DNA of 64,000 bases from Candidatus Bathyarchaeota archaeon (GTDB lineage Archaea > Thermoproteota > Bathyarchaeia > TCS64): assembly GCA_963771885.1 (NCBI GenBank), contig CAVYVF010000002.1, positions 128,001 to 192,000 on the forward strand, in the 5' to 3' direction. This document shows, piece after piece, positions 59,009 to 64,000 of this stretch (positions are counted from its first letter, which is position 1; every line of letters starts with the position of its first letter). The notes below the pieces were generated by a model. It saw only the letters and a program-made list of their open reading frames with translations. It was not told where the DNA came from and made no database searches. Made by a program: the position numbers and the translations under genes.

Positions 59009-60136
59009 TTAAGTCTTAACTTTATATTTTTCATAAAGTCTCTTCAGTCCAGACTCAAGCTCCTTCTGACGGCCCTCCTGATCAAATGGTCCAAGCTCCT
59101 TACAGTCATACCCGACAACCTCCTTCATGTACTCAACGTTCTCATCACAGAACACAACGGTTCCATCAGACTTCACATCCTCGATCCCATCAATTCTACC
59201 CCCCGCCTCATTCACACTAATCGCCTCATCGAGACTAATGCCGGGAAGGACCAACTCGGCACCTTTTTCACTCAACTTACACGGGTAAGCACCCGGGAGA
59301 CCATTAGGCCCAGCAACACTGGCACAAACCTCACCAGTGTTATAATAGATGGCGAGACAATGCTTCAGGAAGCTGCTACTCGTCCTGAACTGATCGACGA
59401 GTGCGCTCGAGTACTGGATTGATTTACCGTACCCGAAGTCTTGGTACAACTCTACAAGCCTTTTATGTGGGTATTTGTCTGTGACGTCATTTCCGTCGGC
59501 TATGATCTTGTACCACATAGGTCCATCCATCCTAACTGTATAGTAGGTTCCATGGTGTCCCACACCGTAAACGAAGACATTCCTGAACGGTATCTTCAAG
59601 TCCCTTGCGACGATACGACGTACCCTACTTATGCCGAGATCCATGTTACCCCCACCGCATGTCGGAGCCATGCCAAGTTTTGAGAGGATAACGTTTGTGA
59701 GGTCGGGGAAGGCTCCGTTTACAACTTTTGTGTTGATCTTGGACTTCTTTACTGCCTGCATCAGCTTGTAGGCGAGTGTGAAGTGGTTTGGTATCCAGGG
59801 TCCTACGGGTCCAATTTTGTGGTAAATATCATCTGGTAGGAGTCTGGTTACCCACCAGCTGCCTAGGCTTCCTAGGTTGCAGATTACTTTTGGTTTAATC
59901 TCATCTAGTGCCTCAGCGGTGCCGTCGATGTCGAATAGGTTTATTTTTCGGAAGCTCAGGTCTGGGTAGTTGCCGAAGTTGTGGGCGGAGTGGAGGGCTT
60001 CCTCTATCTCGTATATTCCTTTCTCTTCGTTAACATCTGCGCCTATAACCTTGATGTCACTTCGCATTGATGCGATTTGGTACATCATGTCGTGTCCTAC
60101 GCTGCCGGCGGATCCTATAATCAGTAAAGAGTCCAT
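59009..60136 (-). CDS. NAD(P)-binding Rossmann oxidoreductase (LDH/MDH- or saccharopine-dehydrogenase-like)
   Basis: IIGSAGSVG; VNGAFPD; GPNGLPGAYP. Confidence 0.65.
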   Translation of the reverse strand: MDSLLIIGSAGSVGHDMMYQIASMRSDIKVIGADVNEEKGIYEIEEALHSAHNFGNYPDLSFRKINLFDIDGTAEALDEIKPKVICNLGSLGSWWVTRLLPDDIYHKIGPVGPWIPNHFTLAYKLMQAVKKSKINTKVVNGAFPDLTNVILSKLGMAPTCGGGNMDLGISRVRRIVARDLKIPFRNVFVYGVGHHGTYYTVRMDGPMWYKIIADGNDVTDKYPHKRLVELYQDFGYGKSIQYSSALVDQFRTSSSFLKHCLAIYYNTGEVCASVAGPNGLPGAYPCKLSEKGAELVLPGISLDEAISVNEAGGRIDGIEDVKSDGTVVFCDENVEYMKEVVGYDCKELGPFDQEGRQKELESGLKRLYEKYKVKT

Positions 60137-60297
60137 AGAGAAAAAATCTTATTAATTAGTATTTAAGATGCGTTTCTCAGCGCGTGCTAGTCTGTAGCTA
60201 AACGGCGCGCGCAGAAATGCTACAGCTAAAAATGCCTTGGTACATATTGCGCGCATAGGGCACGCGCTCTGTGGAAAATTAACTTACATTTACTTTA

Positions 60298-60406
60298 TCA
60301 TTTCATAGTTTGTCCGCAGCAGACTAGTTGTCCAGCCCCCGATTCGAGAACTTGAACTTTGTTTCCACATACCTCACAGTAGGTAGATTTCCTTGACTTT
60401 AGTCAT
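60298..60406 (-). CDS. Desulforedoxin-like Fe(Cys)4 mini-protein with a +1 frameshift near 60382
   Basis: MTKVKEIY[+1]YCEVCGNKVQVLESGAGQLVCCGQTMK; CxxC...CC pattern. Confidence 0.75.
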
Positions 60407-60561
60407 GTTGACCAAACTAACATTGAGGTATCTCTATTTAGCTTTGTTTAATAGTCGAATTAATGCTTTCAACGCCTACGCGCGTAATACTGTCCAAGTT
60501 TAATTCATGTCAGTGCGCATCCTTGAGATACATTAAAAAGCCAGAATATTTTAATCAAATA

Positions 60562-61929
60562 ATGTTATTCCGAATAATAAAATCTGAGATTGTATCTCAC
60601 CTAAGCTACATAGTAGCCTCAAAGGGAGAAGCTTTCGTTGTGGATCCTAGACGGGACAATGAAATCTATGTCGAAGTAGCTCAGGAATGGGGCGTCAAGA
60701 TAAAAGACATCTTCGAAACACATAGAAACGAGGACTATGTAATCGGGTCAATCGATTTATCCAAAAAAACAAACGCCAAAATTCATCACGGTCCGGGGCT
60801 TGACTGGAAATACGGCGAAACACTTCAAGACGGTGAGACATTTAAAATCGGTCAGTTAAGAGTAGTCGCTTTACACACTCCCGGTCACTCCCCCGATAGC
60901 ACATGCTATGCATTATATGATATCGAGAGTGGAAATGTACCAATCCTAGTATTCACAGGCGACACTCTCTTCATTGGGGATGTGGGTCGAACAGATTTCC
61001 TAGGACCAGAAAACACGGCGATGATGTCGGGAAAACTCTATGACGGCATACATGACAAACTCATACCACTCGGAGATGGGGTAGTCGTGTTACCTGCCCA
61101 TGGATTCGGGTCGGTCTGTGGCGGTAACATTAGTGAACGAGAGATCAGCACAATCGGCGCAGAAAGACTAACAAATCCAATGCTTCAGCAATCAAGGAGC
61201 GAATTCATAAAGAAAAAAGTCGCCGAGCTTCATGAAACCTCGCCTTACTTCAAGGTAATGGAGAAATACAATCTTGAAGGCCCACCGACGACATCGCACC
61301 TACCTATCCCCCCTGCACTCAAACCCGCCGAGTTCAAAGCTGCTATCGCCAAAGGAATACCAATCATCGATACGAGGGCACCGCCTGCTTTCGGGGGAGC
61401 ACACATCCAAGGTTCCTACAGCTTACCCCCTTCGAGATTATCTAACGCCGGTTGGGTCATCCCCGTCGAAAAAGAGTTGCTTCTCGTTGTCGATGACTCT
61501 GAAGCCCTAGATTTCGCTATCAGGAACCTATACCGTATGGGATACAACTCTTTTACCGGTTACTTGTCAGGTGGCTTAGAATCATGGTACAAGGAAGGTT
61601 TCCCCTTATCAAAAGTCGAGCTAATAACATCCCAGCAGCTGAAAACGATGCTTGACTCAGGAGCACCTCCAGTTATCTTGGATGTCAGAAGATACAATGA
61701 ATGGGATGAGGGGCACCTTAAGGATGCTATACACATCTACCTTGGAAGGTTACCGGAGAGATTAGGTGAATTACCTGAAGAGAAGACCATTGTAGTCATG
61801 TGTAAGACTGGGACACGTTCCAGTTTTGCTGCGAGTATACTCCTTAGAGCGGGTAGAACGAAAATCTACAACCTTCTTGGAGGAGTTGACTCTTGGAAGA
61901 AACTCGGCTATCCCCTGGTTAAAGATTGA
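60562..61929 (+). CDS. MBL-fold hydrolase fused to tandem rhodanese domains
   Basis: HTPGHS, FTGDTLF, PAHG; C-terminal CKTGTRS. Confidence 0.88.
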   Translation: MLFRIIKSEIVSHLSYIVASKGEAFVVDPRRDNEIYVEVAQEWGVKIKDIFETHRNEDYVIGSIDLSKKTNAKIHHGPGLDWKYGETLQDGETFKIGQLRVVALHTPGHSPDSTCYALYDIESGNVPILVFTGDTLFIGDVGRTDFLGPENTAMMSGKLYDGIHDKLIPLGDGVVVLPAHGFGSVCGGNISEREISTIGAERLTNPMLQQSRSEFIKKKVAELHETSPYFKVMEKYNLEGPPTTSHLPIPPALKPAEFKAAIAKGIPIIDTRAPPAFGGAHIQGSYSLPPSRLSNAGWVIPVEKELLLVVDDSEALDFAIRNLYRMGYNSFTGYLSGGLESWYKEGFPLSKVELITSQQLKTMLDSGAPPVILDVRRYNEWDEGHLKDAIHIYLGRLPERLGELPEEKTIVVMCKTGTRSSFAASILLRAGRTKIYNLLGGVDSWKKLGYPLVKD

Positions 61930-61964
61930 TCGAGTTTTTATGATATTGATAATAGAATCTAGCT

Positions 61965-62424
61965 ATGTTTCCACTCGGCATCGAACCCTACCTAGTAGGT
62001 GGGTTAATCGTTGGAACCGGGGTCAGCCTTATCTACATATTTACCGGGTTGCACGCTACACAGAGCAGCTTCTTCACAACAACCCTCTCATGGTTCACAA
62101 AACTAGCGCACTTTCAAGAGAAAGAGAAATCTAGAGGAACGTGACTGGCGGGTCGCGTTAGCGCTGGGTGTAGTAAGTGGAGCTCTAATCTATACGTTTA
62201 CCTTATCTCCATCAGGCCTATGGGTGACAAATGTCGAATTGTGGAGGCTTGCCCTAGGTGGACTACTTATTGGTTTTGGTACGCGACTCTCAAATGGTTG
62301 CACTTCTGGGCATGGCATTAGTGGTCTCGCTTCGCTTTCAACGACCTCACTATACGCCGTTCTAACCTTCATGGGATTCGGCATCATAACTGCTCACCTA
62401 CTTGAGCTATTGGGGGTCGTGTGA
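61965..62424 (+). CDS. YeeE/YedE (PmpB-like) sulfur transporter subunit with a +1 frameshift near 62128
   Basis: MFPLGIEPYLVGG...FQEKE, then in the +1 frame NLEERDWR...GTRLSNGCTSGHGISG. Confidence 0.82.
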
Positions 62425-62831
62425 TGAACTCGAGAAACATCGTAACTTACTTGGGCGGCATTTTATTCGGCTTCGGCCTCGCTTATAGCGGCATGACAAA
62501 GCAGGAGATCGTCTTAAGCTTCCTTAGACTAGATGATCTAGGCCTCATCTTCGTAATGGGTGGCGCAGCAGTGGTCACGTTCCTAACTATCAACGTCGCG
62601 CCGAGGTTCATGCAGAAGCCGGTGTTGGGCGGGGTTTTCAAGCCCAGAATCAGTGTTTTAACGAGAAATACTTTGATCGGTGCAGCTATTTTTGGCGTGG
62701 GGTGGGGAATATCTGGTCAATGCCCCGGCTCAGCTGCGGCTAGTTTAGGAACTGGTAATTGGCCTGTAATAGTAGGCATCTCTTTCATGTTTGTAGGCGC
62801 TTACCTCAGAGGCAGATTCGTTAAAAATTAA
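62421..62831 (+). CDS. YeeE/YedE (PmpA/DUF6691-like) subunit
   Basis: GILFGFGLAYSGM; FGVGWGISGQCPG. Confidence 0.85.
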   Translation: MMNSRNIVTYLGGILFGFGLAYSGMTKQEIVLSFLRLDDLGLIFVMGGAAVVTFLTINVAPRFMQKPVLGGVFKPRISVLTRNTLIGAAIFGVGWGISGQCPGSAAASLGTGNWPVIVGISFMFVGAYLRGRFVKN

Positions 62832-62910
62832 GCTAACAATTAGCGCGCGCGACGCAGCAATCAATTCGTAAAAACTAAATTGCCTGAGAAAGGCTGACCT
62901 ATTGATCTAT

Positions 62911-64000
62911 TTGTCCCTTGGCATCAGAGGCAGCTACATAGTAGGATTCGACGGCGCCGAGCACCGGATGATTAGAGACGGCGTCGTAGTCGTCGAGGAT
63001 AAGCGAATCAAGCATGTGGGAAGAAGCTACGACGGGCGAGTCGACAAGTGGATAGACGCGAGAGGCTGTCTAGTGACTCCCGGCTTCATCAATACACACA
63101 TACACGCATCGAGCGCCCCGAAGGACAAGAGCTTCCTTGAGGACATCGGGATTCGTCAGCTCTACGGGAGTAACCTGGGTGAGAACCTCACGGCTCTTGG
63201 AGCGAGCACCACCGAGGAGGACTTCAGGGCATTCGCGAGGTACAGCTTGAACGAGTGCCTACTGAGTGGCAACACAACAGTAGTAGAAATCGGGATGGTC
63301 ACGCATCTCGGCGAGGAGAATGCCTCCAAAATAATCGGCGAGGTCGGCATAAGGGCGTATGAAGGCCACGAGATAGAGGACGGGAGATTTGAGCGCGTTG
63401 ACCGGTTCGACTTTAAAACCGCCTGGTCGGAGCCTGAAAAAGGTATAAAAGAACTCGAGGCCGCCGAAAAGTTCGTTGAAAAGTACTCTGGCACCCATGG
63501 CGGGCGCCTGATGGGGGCGATCTACCCTAGCAGCCCCCTCGACGTCAGCTTGGGACTCATGTCCAGGGTCAAGCAATCCGCAGATAGGCTGGACTGCCCT
63601 GTCTCAATGCACGCCGGGGAGTGGGTTCTAGAGTTCCAGAATATGCTCAGGATGTATGGGAAGACCCCAGTCGAGGTAATTGCAGAATCCGGCCTCTTAT
63701 CCCCCCGCCTTATAATCGGGCACGGCTGGGCTGTGGCGGGTCACCCTCTCCTCGGGTACCCGGCAAGGGACGGCGGCGATCTCAGCATACTAGCCTCTCA
63801 CGGTGCAACGGTTAGCCACGACCCGGTCGTATTTGTGAAGAGAGGAAACCGCATGCAAAGTCACTCCACGTTCCTACGCGCGGGCGTGAACGTGAGCATC
63901 GGCACGGACACCGCTCCCCAGGATATGCTCAACGAGATGAGGATCGCCAGCTACGTAAGCAAACTAGCTGACTGGGACTATTCCTCGGGGACGAGCCGAG
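62911..64000 (+). CDS. Amidohydrolase (MTA/SAH deaminase-like), runs off the window
   Basis: Read by hand: PGFINTHIH, SMHAGE, IGHG, IGTD; no stop before 64000. Confidence 0.85.
   Translation, partial: MSLGIRGSYIVGFDGAEHRMIRDGVVVVEDKRIKHVGRSYDGRVDKWIDARGCLVTPGFINTHIHASSAPKDKSFLEDIGIRQLYGSNLGENLTALGASTTEEDFRAFARYSLNECLLSGNTTVVEIGMVTHLGEENASKIIGEVGIRAYEGHEIEDGRFERVDRFDFKTAWSEPEKGIKELEAAEKFVEKYSGTHGGRLMGAIYPSSPLDVSLGLMSRVKQSADRLDCPVSMHAGEWVLEFQNMLRMYGKTPVEVIAESGLLSPRLIIGHGWAVAGHPLLGYPARDGGDLSILASHGATVSHDPVVFVKRGNRMQSHSTFLRAGVNVSIGTDTAPQDMLNEMRIASYVSKLADWDYSSGTSR

Noticed and set aside
39500..62900. AT-richer region as a prophage or integrative element
   Set aside because: No integrase, transposase, capsid, tRNA or att repeats were found; it looks like a mosaic accessory region.
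169..63815. Numerous short overlapping or antisense ORFs in the track (e.g. 169-579, 4268-4732, 37588-38214, 63162-63576)
   Set aside because: They are shadows of well-supported genes in GC-rich coding DNA and carry no recognisable motifs.

Overview
This is an archaeal chromosome segment, judged by UPF0200/UPF0201, HdrA-MvhD, stand-alone Lrp domains and TATA-like promoters; a Bathyarchaeia-like host is an inference. Bases 1-14.2 kb form a redox/energy hub: HdrA-MvhD fusion, NfnAB/SudAB, glutamate dehydrogenase and a six-gene Ech-type [NiFe]-hydrogenase whose D subunit is fused to a GltD/NfnB-type NAD(P)H flavoprotein. Bases 14-39 kb hold housekeeping and amino-acid/amide scavenging genes. Bases 39.5-62.9 kb are a more AT-rich accessory region containing a duplicated general-stress cassette (CsbD, lmo0937-like, LEA-like), a phosphorelay, a heliorhodopsin near a TspO-like gene, and a sulfur-carrier cluster. 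The most notable unexplained signals are two diverged copies of a ~330-nt structured non-coding element, two copies of a ~65-nt two-hairpin element, and CGCG-centred alternating purine-pyrimidine tracts in dozens of intergenic spacers. Four genes carry single-base +1 frameshifts, probably sequencing errors. No rRNA, tRNA, CRISPR array, integrase or transposase was recognised.
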